From positions 1,792,001-1,856,000 of the forward strand of contig OY970393.1 of assembly GCA_963720465.1 (NCBI GenBank): a DNA stretch of 64,000 nt, given 5' to 3'. Positions 41,542 to 51,094 of the stretch are shown piece by piece. The DNA is from Methanobacteriota archaeon. Lineage in GTDB: Archaea; Halobacteriota; Bog-38; Methanoflorentales; Methanoflorentaceae. A model generated the notes under the pieces. It saw only the letters and a program-made list of their open reading frames with translations. It was not told the DNA's origin and did not search any database. The position numbers and the translations under genes are program-made. Numbering within the stretch: position 1 is the first letter of the stretch; every line of letters begins with the position of its first letter.

Positions 41542-42060
41542 GTTTTTCCACTCAATAGTTGCAGCTGTTTCCGGTGCAATTTGTATTCGCCAGCGTACTC
41601 GAGCAATCTATCTGCGGACGCTGATGACGCAAATAACAGATTCCTCTCGCTGTCAATTTGGCTGATAGTGAGCATGGCGCTTTTTGATTAGGCGGAGCCC
41701 ATAGTGTGCTTCTTTTCGTGACACTTGTGGTACTACCAGAAAAATACAGTAGCAGCGAAGCTAGAAACTACTTAAAGAGGCGCATAAGCGTGCGACAAAT
41801 ATCGGTTCCAATGGAGCATCGCGAGCTACAAATTCTTTAGCAGATACGCGTATGGCGGTGCTCGTTGCGAAAAAGAAGGTCTTGCTTACATAAAATACCT
41901 TCATTTCGAGTCCAGATTTTAAAAAAAGGCGCAAAATGCGAGCGAAAACGTTAAATACGATCGTGTAGAGCTTAATTATGCCGTGATTAATAGGAGCCGG
42001 ACCCGCGATCTGGCCTGCCTCGAAAACCGTCTTCTCTTACGGCTACCGGGCCCGTGCTCC
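41542..42060. repeat. Copy 2 of the ~0.5 kb fixed-spacing non-coding repeat
   Basis: Blocks at 41548, 41567, 41761, 41892-41925, 41949, 41993 and 42048 match copy 1. Confidence 0.85.
41993..42060 (+). ncRNA. Candidate structured element, copy 2
   Basis: 68 nt; GGAGC/GCTCC stem, CCTGCCTCGAAA core, inner hairpin CCGT-CTTCTCTT-ACGG. Confidence 0.55.
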
Positions 42061-42437
42061 ATTCTCGGTTTTGTTCTGTAGTTTGTTAGGATTTTTTCCG
42101 GTGCTGGCAGTACAGCGAGTGTCCCTTTCTGGCTTTAGGTTCTTGCAGATATAACGTCGACCCCTCATACCTCACCGCTTATGTTTATTTTTTTGATGCT
42201 GTCCACGTGAGGCGCGGTTGCCGTGGCCTTGATGGAACTTGCGGGTAAAAAATCGGACTCAAGCACTGCTTCTTCAGACTTCGTCTTCCAATCACGATAA
42301 ATATTGACGCTGGCTCAATCTCTTTCGTTGATTTCGGCGAAAAATAGCCTTAAGGCGACAACAAAGCGCCGCAAATCTAAATCAATAAGTAGCGTTACTC
42401 ATTAATTGTTAACGATAGACAAAAAGGAGGTGACAAA

Positions 42438-42743
42438 ATGGGAGACGTGAAAACGATCACAAGGATTCCGGTTGGGCCAGTCGCGTTGATGGGTGCTGTT
42501 ATTAGCGCCATTCTGGGACTCATTGAAGGAATAATTTATGCGATCGGCCTCGCAGCTTTTGCTGCGTCGTTGCCTAGCTCGCTTTCTAGCTATGTTAGCT
42601 TTGGAGCGGCTGGCGCACTAGGTGTCATTATCGGCAGCATTATCGGCGGCTTCATTGGCGGGTACATCATAACAGCAATTATAGCACTGATTTACAACGC
42701 GCTGGCGCCTAGAATTGGTGGCGTTAAGCTTGAACTTGAGTAA
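42438..42743 (+). CDS. Small two-TM membrane protein (DUF3566-like)
   Basis: Strong SD GGAGGTG; ALIYNALAPRIGGVKLE C-terminus. Confidence 0.8.
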   Translation: MGDVKTITRIPVGPVALMGAVISAILGLIEGIIYAIGLAAFAASLPSSLSSYVSFGAAGALGVIIGSIIGGFIGGYIITAIIALIYNALAPRIGGVKLELE

Positions 42744-42992
42744 TGGGGAAGCATATTCAATCGCCTAAGTCGCAGAGTTCTAACGGTGAAACGCAAGCAC
42801 AAAGCGTTGGCCGTTACTTTTTTTGTTTTTTATAAAAACTAGCATGCTTGTCGAGCATAAGAGTGAGGCCCAACTCCGAATGCAGGGCGAGGCGAAAGCG
42901 CATCAACGTGCGATGGCTAAGATCCCTTAGACAGGCTCAAAGTGAATCCTGCGTTAGCTGAGCAAAGAAGCAACGCACGAACTGGACTATAC

Positions 42993-43034
42993 GTATGAAA
43001 GAAAAAAAGAATTGTATGAAAGAAAAAAAGAATT
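42993..43034 (+). repeat. Perfect 21-bp tandem duplication containing the start codon
   Basis: GTATGAAAGAAAAAAAGAATT twice. Confidence 0.9.
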
Positions 43035-43585
43035 TCGAAAATGCGGCAAGCACCGTGTTTGCCCCGCAACTCGTCGGCCTAGTGACGACCATTGATCGTG
43101 CCAACCGGCCAAACGTGGCGACCTTCGCTTGGATAATGAGCACCTCGCACGATCCGGAGCTCGTAGCAGTAAGTGTTTCAAGAAAACGCTACACGTATGA
43201 GTGCTTAACCGATGAATTCGTCATTAATTTGCCGACGAGGGAGTTGCTCGAACAGGTGTGGGCCGTTGGGACCCGGTCAGGAAGGAACGTGGACAAGTTT
43301 CAGGCGACGGAGTTGACGCCCATACCCGCTGTCGCGGTCAAACCGCCTAGGATTGCCGAGTGCCCGACCCACGTAGAATGTCGCATCGTTGACAGAGTAG
43401 ACACGGGAGACCACACCATCTTTATCGGCGAAGTCGTGGCAAAATCAGGCGACCCTGATGCAATGAAGGACGGTGCTCTCAACGAGCGCATTGAGCCTCT
43501 GTTCCATCTTGGGGGGAAGAAATTCCTGTGCGGTCGCGAACGACTTGACGTCGACAGGCTTCGCGGGGGCAAACGCAGCGTTTGA
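42995..43585 (+). CDS. Flavin reductase-like (flavoredoxin) protein
   Basis: PNVAT, EFVINLP, GTRSGR.VDKF, PPRIAEC, GDHTIFIGEV. Confidence 0.9.
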   Translation: MKEKKNCMKEKKNFENAASTVFAPQLVGLVTTIDRANRPNVATFAWIMSTSHDPELVAVSVSRKRYTYECLTDEFVINLPTRELLEQVWAVGTRSGRNVDKFQATELTPIPAVAVKPPRIAECPTHVECRIVDRVDTGDHTIFIGEVVAKSGDPDAMKDGALNERIEPLFHLGGKKFLCGRERLDVDRLRGGKRSV

Positions 43586-43786
43586 AATCCCGCGCAATCT
43601 ACTTCTGGCAGAGGAGTTTGGGCGTTGATCGCTTGAGCAGAGTGCAGAGCGTCTCGTTTTAGGTGGCAACATTCGTTCCTAATGAATACCTGGCTCAAAA
43701 AAATTGTCAGTTCAAGTTCAAAATCAGAAAAAGGTTTCAAAATTAAGGAAGCCGTTTGTATGTCCCAAACGGCGCTGCTTGATACT

Positions 43787-43853
43787 GGAGCTTAAGGCCC
43801 GCCGCTCGCCCTACCTCGAATCGTCTCTTATTACGCGCGGCGGACCCCGCTCC
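43787..43853 (+). ncRNA. Candidate structured element, copy 3
   Basis: 67 nt; GGAGC/GCTCC, CCGCCGC/GCGGCGG stem, CCTACCTCGAA core, inner hairpin CGT-CTCTTATT-ACG. Confidence 0.5.
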
Positions 43854-44089
43854 GTGCTGACCGCAGCAGCTTTGCGGTTTGCGATAATCTGCTGTTTACA
43901 GTGTAGGCGAGACCGCTTTAAGCCCCTTACGGTTTTGTCGCGCGGGCGCTGCGCATCGGCTGTTCTTTGTTAAGTTGGGCTTTGAAGCAGTCATCGCCGA
44001 GCTGTGACACGAACGCGGTGTCACGCGTTTACACGCAATTCTTGCCTCACGCGGCCTTATAGCGTTTTTGTGCGCAGGCTAGATCAGAG

Positions 44090-45100
44090 GTGAACGTTAT
44101 AGCGACAAATGTAGCAAGCACACAAACGGGCGGACTGCTGTACGCGGGTGTCGCCTCGGCGCTGCGGATAAACAGGCGAATTGAAAACGACGAGATTCCA
44201 CTCTTTATGCAACGGTGCGTCATCGACGCAATGCGCTGGGAAGTCGGCGGAACGCAGTACGAACAGTGGCGCGCTGAAAACGGCAACGGGAAAGATCCAG
44301 CCGTTAAATGGCGTGACGAGGTGGTTACGCCCTACCTCCAGCAGCGATTTGATGGGCTAGAACTGCGAGGCGATGGCCATCTTTGTGGTATCCGACACGA
44401 TAACGATGAGGAGATTGACGAGCGTTTCTACGACACGCAACAGCTTCGAGGCTCCATGCTCGCAAAGTGCCCGGGACAACGATGGCTGTTTGCTCTCGGG
44501 TGCTGCCGAAGATACAGACCGCAGTAGAGTTCGCGTCTTTTTCGAAGGTCGCGAGAGGCTGACGGTGTTCCGCGTGCACCAGCAAGGGCGTGTGCTACTG
44601 CGTCCATTTACGCGTCCGCGTACTCGATGTCCGGAAAGGCGTCTTCGAATTCGAGCCTCCTGTCCGTAAGCTTGTTGTACACGATTACCGCCTCTTGTGG
44701 GGTTAGTGGCGTCAGTTCCGGGTCGCGCTCATCGTCGTCGCCAAAGAACGGCACTGTTTTTTCGTATTTGAAATAGCACCCGCTAGGCGTCCGGAACAGG
44801 TCGACGTTCTTGAGGCCAGTTTTCAGCGTTTCAATGCAGAACTGGTGCTCGTTCCGCGCAAGAAGGATACCTGTATCGGTGTCGCACACCACGCCGCCAA
44901 ACGCTTGTTTCATAGACATACCGTTTGGATGACCTCACAGTTAAACTTTGTATGTGCGCGCGGAAAGTAAAATAGCCTCACGCGAAAAAAGCGATGGCTG
45001 CGCGAACACGACGAACGATCTGAAGTGCAACAAGTGCGCAAAGCGCGTCGCGGATGCGGTTAACGGCGCGCTTCTGCCGCGACATAGCAGCTTCAACTAA
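44090..45100 (+). pseudogene. Paralogue of the 56228..56395 Cys microprotein, split by an ~0.83 kb insert
   Basis: N-part MNVIATNVAST..G.LY at 44090 and C-part GCANTTNDLKCNKCAKRVADAVN at about 44996-45100 both match the intact copy. Confidence 0.75.
44608..44919 (-). CDS. Small hypothetical protein resembling phage/plasmid DT.T...LYRT..G.YF proteins
   Basis: DTDTGILLA, LFRTPSGCYF, LTPLTPQEA; SD GAGGT; lies inside the insert. Confidence 0.65.
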   Translation of the reverse strand: MSMKQAFGGVVCDTDTGILLARNEHQFCIETLKTGLKNVDLFRTPSGCYFKYEKTVPFFGDDDERDPELTPLTPQEAVIVYNKLTDRRLEFEDAFPDIEYADA

Positions 45101-45620
45101 AATGCGTTCCAAACCGGGCGATAATTATGTCCTTCGCGGGTGCTACCGATAGTGTGGCCGATACGTTCCCCTTGAAATAGCATGAAGTGCCTTCAGCATG
45201 GTTTGCGATCAATTACCCCGACCTTTTCAACTGTCTTTTGCACTTGCACGGGGTAGTTTATACGCAGCGGGTTTAAGGGGGCCCTATAGTGCGCTTCTTT
45301 TCTAAATTACGTGGCCTTAAAACTCCGCTAAATCGTGCCACTTGTCCGATCGTCCCGGGTTTAAACGAACCGCGTCGTACGCTTTTTTTGCACCTTAGAT
45401 CGTCTTAGATCACCGCTACGGATGACCTTTTGCCTGCTCGTCCTGCGAGTGTGGCTGAACAAAGCCTTCCGCGTGGTAGAGGATGTGGTGAGGCAGACCC
45501 CACCACGCCATGGATTAGCCAATTCTACTATGGAGGCGGATCGCGAAAACCGTTTGCTACCTTATATTAAAAAAGGGAATGTTTGACACGTGGGGCTTGA
45601 GGGCCCGTTTAGCACGCGCT

Positions 45621-45824
45621 TCATTCCGTGTGTTCTTCGGCTTCCAGCATTTCCATCAAAGGCTTCTTAAGAATGAGGACGCGCCTTCCGACTCGTAGGG
45701 CCGGCAACTCGCCGGACTGCACCATCCGATATGCGGTCGTTCGACTAATGCCTATAAGGCGTGCGGCGTGCTCAACGGACAACGTCAGTGCTTCATCTTT
45801 ATCGTGTTCTTTAGTCATGGTCAC
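45621..45824 (-). CDS. Excisionase/Xis-like HTH_17 DNA-binding protein
   Basis: LSVEHAARLIGISRTTAYRMVQSGELPALRVGRRVLI. Confidence 0.85.
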   Translation of the reverse strand: MTMTKEHDKDEALTLSVEHAARLIGISRTTAYRMVQSGELPALRVGRRVLILKKPLMEMLEAEEHTE

Positions 45825-46183
45825 ACCCTCAAGAACGAAAAGGCGCTGAGCTACATATATATGTCGTCCATATGTCGTCCCCCCGGCGCGCTCAACAAGA
45901 TCTGCGTCTTGGCAGAGGCGCGTGGTGATGTCAGCATGCGTCCAGCGTTGCGGGGAGACTCACGTGCTACTACCAGTAACGTGCTGCCACTATTGTTCTG
46001 CCACGTCTTTCAGACCGACGAGCATAAGGGAGAGCAATAAACGTTACGCGTTTTACGCTCGCGTGTTAGCAGACGCAATTCACACGGCTTAGGAAGTGCG
46101 TTATACGTTTCAGGATGTGCTGAGCGCGCACCTTTTGAGCACACACGAGCGGCACCAGCACCCGCACCAAGTGCGTACTAATA

Positions 46184-46990
46184 TCAATGCACGTCCCTAA
46201 ACAGGAGGGTGCTGATGATGGTCATCAGAATGAAGAATCCAACAACGACGCCGAAGTCGAGCGTGAGAGGGTACGCGTGCAGTCCTGTAAAGGCGTACCG
46301 CAATGCGTCAACGGCATACGTGAGCGGATTGATATCTACCAGCGCTTTCATCCAGCCGGGCAGCGAAGTGACGGGGAAAAGCGCGCCGCTCAGGAAAGAG
46401 AGCGGCAAGGCCAAGAAGACCACCACCACCTGAAAACCCTCGATGCTCTCGACCTGGGACGCGAAGCTCATCCCCAGCTCGCTAAAACCCATGGTGATGA
46501 AGAACATAGTCACCACGACGAGGGCGAACGCAGCGGGAAGTCCCAGAGGGCCTGATAGTCTTACTCCGAGAAATGCTGCAACGACAACGACGACAATTCC
46601 CTGGATCATTGCCGTAGTCGTTCCTCCAAGCGCCTTGCCGAGGAGTATCGAGGATCGTGCGACCGGAGCAACGAGGATCTCTTTGAGAAAGCCGAACTGC
46701 TTGTCGAACATGAAGCTCATCCCTGAGGACGAGGTAAGACTGTTAAGAATTGCCATAAAGCCGAGGAGCCCCGGGACCAGGAAGTCGAGGTAATTCGTCG
46801 TGCCTGTCGACCCGGCGAATTGCAGTGATGAGCCGAGTGATGCGCTGAATCCTACTCCGAATATGATGAGCCACGCCATCGGTTGAACGAACGAGATAAC
46901 GACTCGCGACCGGGCTCTGACGTACCGGGTCATCTCTCTGAGCCAAATCGAATAGACGTCAGTTAGGAAGCTCGTTATTGCGTTTGGCAT
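46184..46990 (-). CDS. ABC-2 type (DrrB-like) exporter permease
   Basis: YLDFLVPG, FGFLKEILVAP, FLSGALFP, NPLTYAVDALR. Confidence 0.9.
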   Translation of the reverse strand: MPNAITSFLTDVYSIWLREMTRYVRARSRVVISFVQPMAWLIIFGVGFSASLGSSLQFAGSTGTTNYLDFLVPGLLGFMAILNSLTSSSGMSFMFDKQFGFLKEILVAPVARSSILLGKALGGTTTAMIQGIVVVVVAAFLGVRLSGPLGLPAAFALVVVTMFFITMGFSELGMSFASQVESIEGFQVVVVFLALPLSFLSGALFPVTSLPGWMKALVDINPLTYAVDALRYAFTGLHAYPLTLDFGVVVGFFILMTIISTLLFRDVH

Positions 46991-46994
46991 CGCT

Positions 46995-47081
46995 AACGTC
47001 TCCCCGGCCCACGGAACGCAGCGAACCCGCTCGAGGCCCTCGGCGCCCGAATCTTCCGTCCGGTGTTAACGATTGTCTTCA
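46995..47081 (-). pseudogene. Possible deletion remnant of the cognate ABC ATPase gene
   Basis: ATG-initiated MKTIVN joined directly to TGRKIR, resembling a DrrA C-terminus. Confidence 0.4.
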
Positions 47082-47240
47082 TTCACTGTCACGTCCCTTA
47101 GTTGCAGTTTGAGAATTGCCGTGCGTTTAAGTTCAGCAGCCGGATTATCGAAAGCAGCAGGCGAGTTGGTTCTTCTCTTGTCCATAAATCGGTCACCGAT
47201 ATATATGTCAGAGATATATATTTAAATATCTTTCTGTATA

Positions 47241-47594
47241 GTGCTCCTCATGGCGGAAAAGCTGTATGCGTTCTTTGTGCTATACGTTCTAAACGAGCAG
47301 GGGGAACTCAGCGGATATAGGATCGCCAAGATCATCACCGAGATAACCGAGGGTTACTTTTCCCCGACACCAGGAAACATCTACCCCGTGCTGGGGAGCC
47401 TAGAGCAAAGTGGATTCGTAAAAGCAAAAAAGTCCAAGGCCGCCGGTACAGAGCCAGGAGGCCGCAGAAGGAAAATCCTCATTGAAATTACACCTGCTGG
47501 GAAGGCGGCCCTTTTCGATTTTGCGAAACGCAACAAAGAAAGGTTTGAAAAAATCACCTTTTTTTTCGACAAGGTAATAGGAGGCGCTTCATAA
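47241..47594 (+). CDS. PadR family regulator divergent from the ABC permease
   Basis: SGYRI...PTPGNIYPVL..LE..G; near-palindrome ATATATGTC-N3-GATATATAT at 47201-47221. Confidence 0.88.
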   Translation: MLLMAEKLYAFFVLYVLNEQGELSGYRIAKIITEITEGYFSPTPGNIYPVLGSLEQSGFVKAKKSKAAGTEPGGRRRKILIEITPAGKAALFDFAKRNKERFEKITFFFDKVIGGAS

Positions 47595-47736
47595 CTATCT
47601 GACCGCGCGCAGAGAGGGGGTTTAAACGCTTCTAGCTCATTAATTCTTTTTTCGTTTCTGCCGCTTTTTTGTCGATTATTGGGCTGGACTCTGAATCTTG
47701 TTGACGGAGCGCGTCACCCTTGATCTGCAGTCTTCG

Positions 47737-48070
47737 TCATTTGGCGGTGTCTCGTAACTCCTTATTTAGGGAGAGGCCTACTACCGTTCTGATGCCGACG
47801 ATGAATGCGAGAATAACAGCCTGATCCAACGTAGGACTGAGGATCGTCCTTACGAGATCATTCGCGACAAAAAGCTCCAACTAGAACGATTTTCGAGGTG
47901 TAGTCCACTCGGATGGCGGTGTAGTTAGGCGGGTGTCGGCGAAGGGCAGGCCTCACGAGCTCCACTACGACGCGCGCACTTGCGTAGAAGATGATGACGG
48001 CGCCTACGACCTCGAATAAGGTGACAATCCAGCTGACGACAGTTACCCAGTTGCTAATATCCTCGAACAT
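47737..48070 (-). pseudogene. DUF1622-like membrane protein with a frameshift near 47880
   Basis: After SKIVL the frame shifts to LELFVANDLVRTILSPTLDQAVILAFIVGIRTVVG. Confidence 0.75.
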
Positions 48071-48272
48071 GTGACGAAGAACACTTGGGCTTTTTATCGG
48101 CAATGCGTGGTAATAACATTTCCTTTCGCGAATCCGACTTTTGTCGTTTCGTCATTTCAAGCACCCTTTCGAGATCTGATGGACGGCGGTTAAAGCCCGC
48201 TAGCGTTCTCGCTTCGAAAGACTCACGTGCGACAGGCAACAGCCGTAACGCAACACGGCGCACGCGATACCA

Positions 48273-48476
48273 CTATCGTCTTTGCTGCCTCGTGAGCTCA
48301 CTTTGGCTGCCTTCAAAACGCGGGACCTCTGCTGGTTGAAAATATACTAGCGGTCGATCAGCCGTTCGATCTGCCTTCCGCTTGTCTAAGTCATCCACAT
48401 AGGCCTTGAGCTTCTCACAACACGTCTCTAGTTCTTTCACGCGTCTTTCTAAGGTGGCTATCCGTTCGTCGCTCAT
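48273..48476 (-). CDS. Small coiled-coil hypothetical protein
   Basis: Heptad pattern RIATLERRVKELE; purine-rich SD-like sequence upstream. Confidence 0.55.
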   Translation of the reverse strand: MSDERIATLERRVKELETCCEKLKAYVDDLDKRKADRTADRPLVYFQPAEVPRFEGSQSELTRQQRR

Positions 48477-48653
48477 ACCTGCACCCCTATTAGAGTCATA
48501 GAAAGTATCATCATGTGACCTGCCGTATCACGCATATGTGAGGTTGCCAACCACAAAAAGCGTTCCTGTCTAATGGTGGCCAAATGAGAGAGCCTCAAAA
48601 ACCGAAACTGGTGGGCACGATAGTTTATATCGAGCGGGCATCTCTACTCGCGT

Positions 48654-48830
48654 ATGGGCACACTAGCAGACCTCGCGCTCATAGCACTCGTCTTGGTGAT
48701 CGCGCTTCTCGCTATCATCATCATCATCATCCACTTGATCCCGCTGTTGATCGTGGTCGCGTTCCTCCTCCTTGTGGTGTGGCTTCTTTTTTTCCGACGC
48801 CGTCCACCGCGAGCTGTCGCGGCAGCATAA
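48654..48830 (+). CDS. 58-aa two-TM microprotein (family member 1)
   Basis: MGTLADLALIALVLVIALLAIIIIIIHLIPLLIVVAFLLLVVWLLFFRRRPPRAVAAA; two paralogues in the window; TTTATAT box upstream. Confidence 0.75.
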   Translation: MGTLADLALIALVLVIALLAIIIIIIHLIPLLIVVAFLLLVVWLLFFRRRPPRAVAAA

Positions 48831-49168
48831 ATAATCTCATCAGGAACGAAGAGACAGAAGGTATTCATTGTTCGTCCTTCCGCTTTCCTACGGGCTATTA
48901 ACTGGTCTATTTGTTTTTCTTCGGTGTCCTTAAAATGATTAAGGCTCTGCAGTGGAATGAGTCGTATCAGGATCAGCCAACTGCTAACTGTTGATAACTT
49001 ATCTCGTCTTCCATCAGCGTCTAGCAGATTTGCGTAATAGATTGCACAAACAGCAAAAATGGAATTATTGGTTATCTCAACGCATCTGCAAGGCCTTGCG
49101 AGGTCCTATATATAGGGCTGGGACTTGTGTTTTACCGTGCTACTCGATGCCGTAAACTCTAACTAGAT

Positions 49169-49654
49169 CTAAAGTCCGTCTAAATCGAGTTTACGCTTCT
49201 TAAATTCCCTTTTAGTAAAAAGTAATCTGTACTCTTTGATGTTAATGGCGCCAGAGATACGCCCTACCACGCCGAGGCACTCGTCTTTTGAATGACCGTG
49301 GATCATTGTGTAGACGTTGTACGTCCATTCAGGGTAGCTCATTCGTTCATACCCGTGACTTACCTCCGTTAGATCCCGTATTACCGCTTCAAATTCATCA
49401 ATTCGCTCTTCGGGAATTTTCCATGCAACGAGGACGTTTGACGAGTACCCTACCTGATCATGCCTCACTACCGCGCCATACCGCCTAATGACGCCATCAG
49501 CAATTAATAAGCGTATGACCTCTAACAGCTCATTTTCTGTCGTTCCGAGCTCCTGCGCAAGTGCGAGGAACGGCCTACTCTTAATTGCTAAACCGCGGTG
49601 CAGACCGCGTATTATTCGGTTGTCTGCTGCTTCGTAAGTGCTCTTTTCGTGCAC
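49169..49654 (-). CDS. ahbB: Siroheme decarboxylase subunit beta
   Basis: Lrp/AsnC-like fold; VSHGYER, W.YNVYTMIH, EFKK. Confidence 0.85.
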   Translation of the reverse strand: MHEKSTYEAADNRIIRGLHRGLAIKSRPFLALAQELGTTENELLEVIRLLIADGVIRRYGAVVRHDQVGYSSNVLVAWKIPEERIDEFEAVIRDLTEVSHGYERMSYPEWTYNVYTMIHGHSKDECLGVVGRISGAINIKEYRLLFTKREFKKRKLDLDGL

Positions 49655-49658
49655 GTTC

Positions 49659-50114
49659 TTATATCGTGAAATTCGTTTTTAGCTTGAGAACTCGCTTGAC
49701 TGGGACGACAAGCGAACCCAGGGGGTGTATTTTTCCTTTTACTTCTTGAAGCGTCGAGGCAAGCCCTTCGTCTGATGCCGCAGCGAGGGTAAACCAGATG
49801 TTGTATTCGCCTTCCCGCTCATAATTGTGCGTCACCCCCGCATACGAGTTGATGATTTGAGCAGCCATATCGACTGCATTTTCCGGAACTCGTAAGGCAA
49901 CAAGCGTGCTTACGAGCCCGATCATTTTTGAATTGAAGATTGGGCCGATCTCCCGTATCACCCCATCGGCCTTTAGCTTTCGAATTCTGGCAAGGATTTC
50001 GTCTTCAGGAATGTCGAGCGTCTTCGCCAGCTCTTTAAATGGTTCTTTTGTTAGCGGGAACTGGTCCTGCAGCAAGTTTATCAGTAGTGAGTCAATCGCA
50101 TCGAAGGTTCTCAT
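49659..50114 (-). CDS. ahbA: Siroheme decarboxylase subunit alpha
   Basis: LQDQFPL..EPF, GVTHNYER, YNIWFT. Confidence 0.85.
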   Translation of the reverse strand: MRTFDAIDSLLINLLQDQFPLTKEPFKELAKTLDIPEDEILARIRKLKADGVIREIGPIFNSKMIGLVSTLVALRVPENAVDMAAQIINSYAGVTHNYEREGEYNIWFTLAAASDEGLASTLQEVKGKIHPLGSLVVPVKRVLKLKTNFTI

Positions 50115-51094
50115 TGCCACGCGCCACCACAATACGGGTCGTCACCAAGGTAATTACCGCTCATTGCTAGTGCCCGTGCCCGGCAGCCCCTGCATGTGTC
50201 TGAATAACGGCACGTTTTGCACGCCCCCGTAAATGCTGCAGGTTCGCGCAGCGACGCTAAAATGGGGGACGTCTCCCATATCTCGCTCAAGTTCGTCTGT
50301 CGTACGTCTCCTACCGGTACCGGAAAATACCCGCAGGGTTGGACCGTCCCGCTGCTCGTAACGAAGACGTAACTCAAACCCGCAAGGCATCCTTTACGTC
50401 GCTCTTTTAGCCGGTACTGCGGGGCGCACGTTGGTCGTATGGGGAGAGTCCCATTCCTGTCATATTCATCAAGCCATTTGAGTGTCTCATAATAGTCAGA
50501 CGTTGAGACGAGATCGGTCACACGGCCTCTGCCCGTAGGCACAAGGGCAAAGACGTGCCACGCCGCTGCGCCGGATTCACGCACTATGTCATAGATCCGA
50601 GGGAGCGACGCCACGTTAGCGTTGGTGACAGTCGTATTGATCTGAACCGCAATCCCCGCCTCTTTCAATGCTTTAGCCCCGTTAAGTGCATCGTGATACG
50701 CCCCGCTCACACCTCGTAACGAATCGTGCGACTGAGCATCTGCACCGTCAATGCTAATTGAGGCTATAGTGAGTCCCGCGTCTCTCAGCATTCTAGCCCT
50801 CTTTTCGTTGACTAACGTCCCGTTTGTTGCAAGCGCGGCTCTCACGCCAGAAGTCGCAGCGTGCTCGATCACGATGTCAATATCCTTTCGTAAGAGCGGT
50901 TCGCCGCCAGTGAGGATGAGAAGAGGGTGAAACGTTGAAAGTTCGTCGACAAACGTGCACGCTTCATCAGTGGTGAGCTCTCTCTCTCCATTTCGTTTGC
51001 TTCTTCCCGTTCCGCCTGCATCTGCCTTGCAGTGGCCACACGCAAGGTTACATTCTCGTGCGACTTCCCACGCCACGACGGCGGGCATCTTCAC
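50111..51094 (-). CDS. ahbD: Radical SAM/SPASM heme b synthase
   Basis: CNLACGHC, VPTGRG, PTCAPQY, GCLAG, SPASM Cys motif; in the ahb operon. Confidence 0.8.
   Translation of the reverse strand: MKMPAVVAWEVARECNLACGHCKADAGGTGRSKRNGERELTTDEACTFVDELSTFHPLLILTGGEPLLRKDIDIVIEHAATSGVRAALATNGTLVNEKRARMLRDAGLTIASISIDGADAQSHDSLRGVSGAYHDALNGAKALKEAGIAVQINTTVTNANVASLPRIYDIVRESGAAAWHVFALVPTGRGRVTDLVSTSDYYETLKWLDEYDRNGTLPIRPTCAPQYRLKERRKGCLAGLSYVFVTSSGTVQPCGYFPVPVGDVRQTNLSEIWETSPILASLREPAAFTGACKTCRYSDTCRGCRARALAMSGNYLGDDPYCGGAWQ

Noticed and set aside
41620-41632. GCTGATGACGC resembling the fluoride riboswitch 3' segment
   Set aside because: The required 5' GGNGAUG stem is absent.
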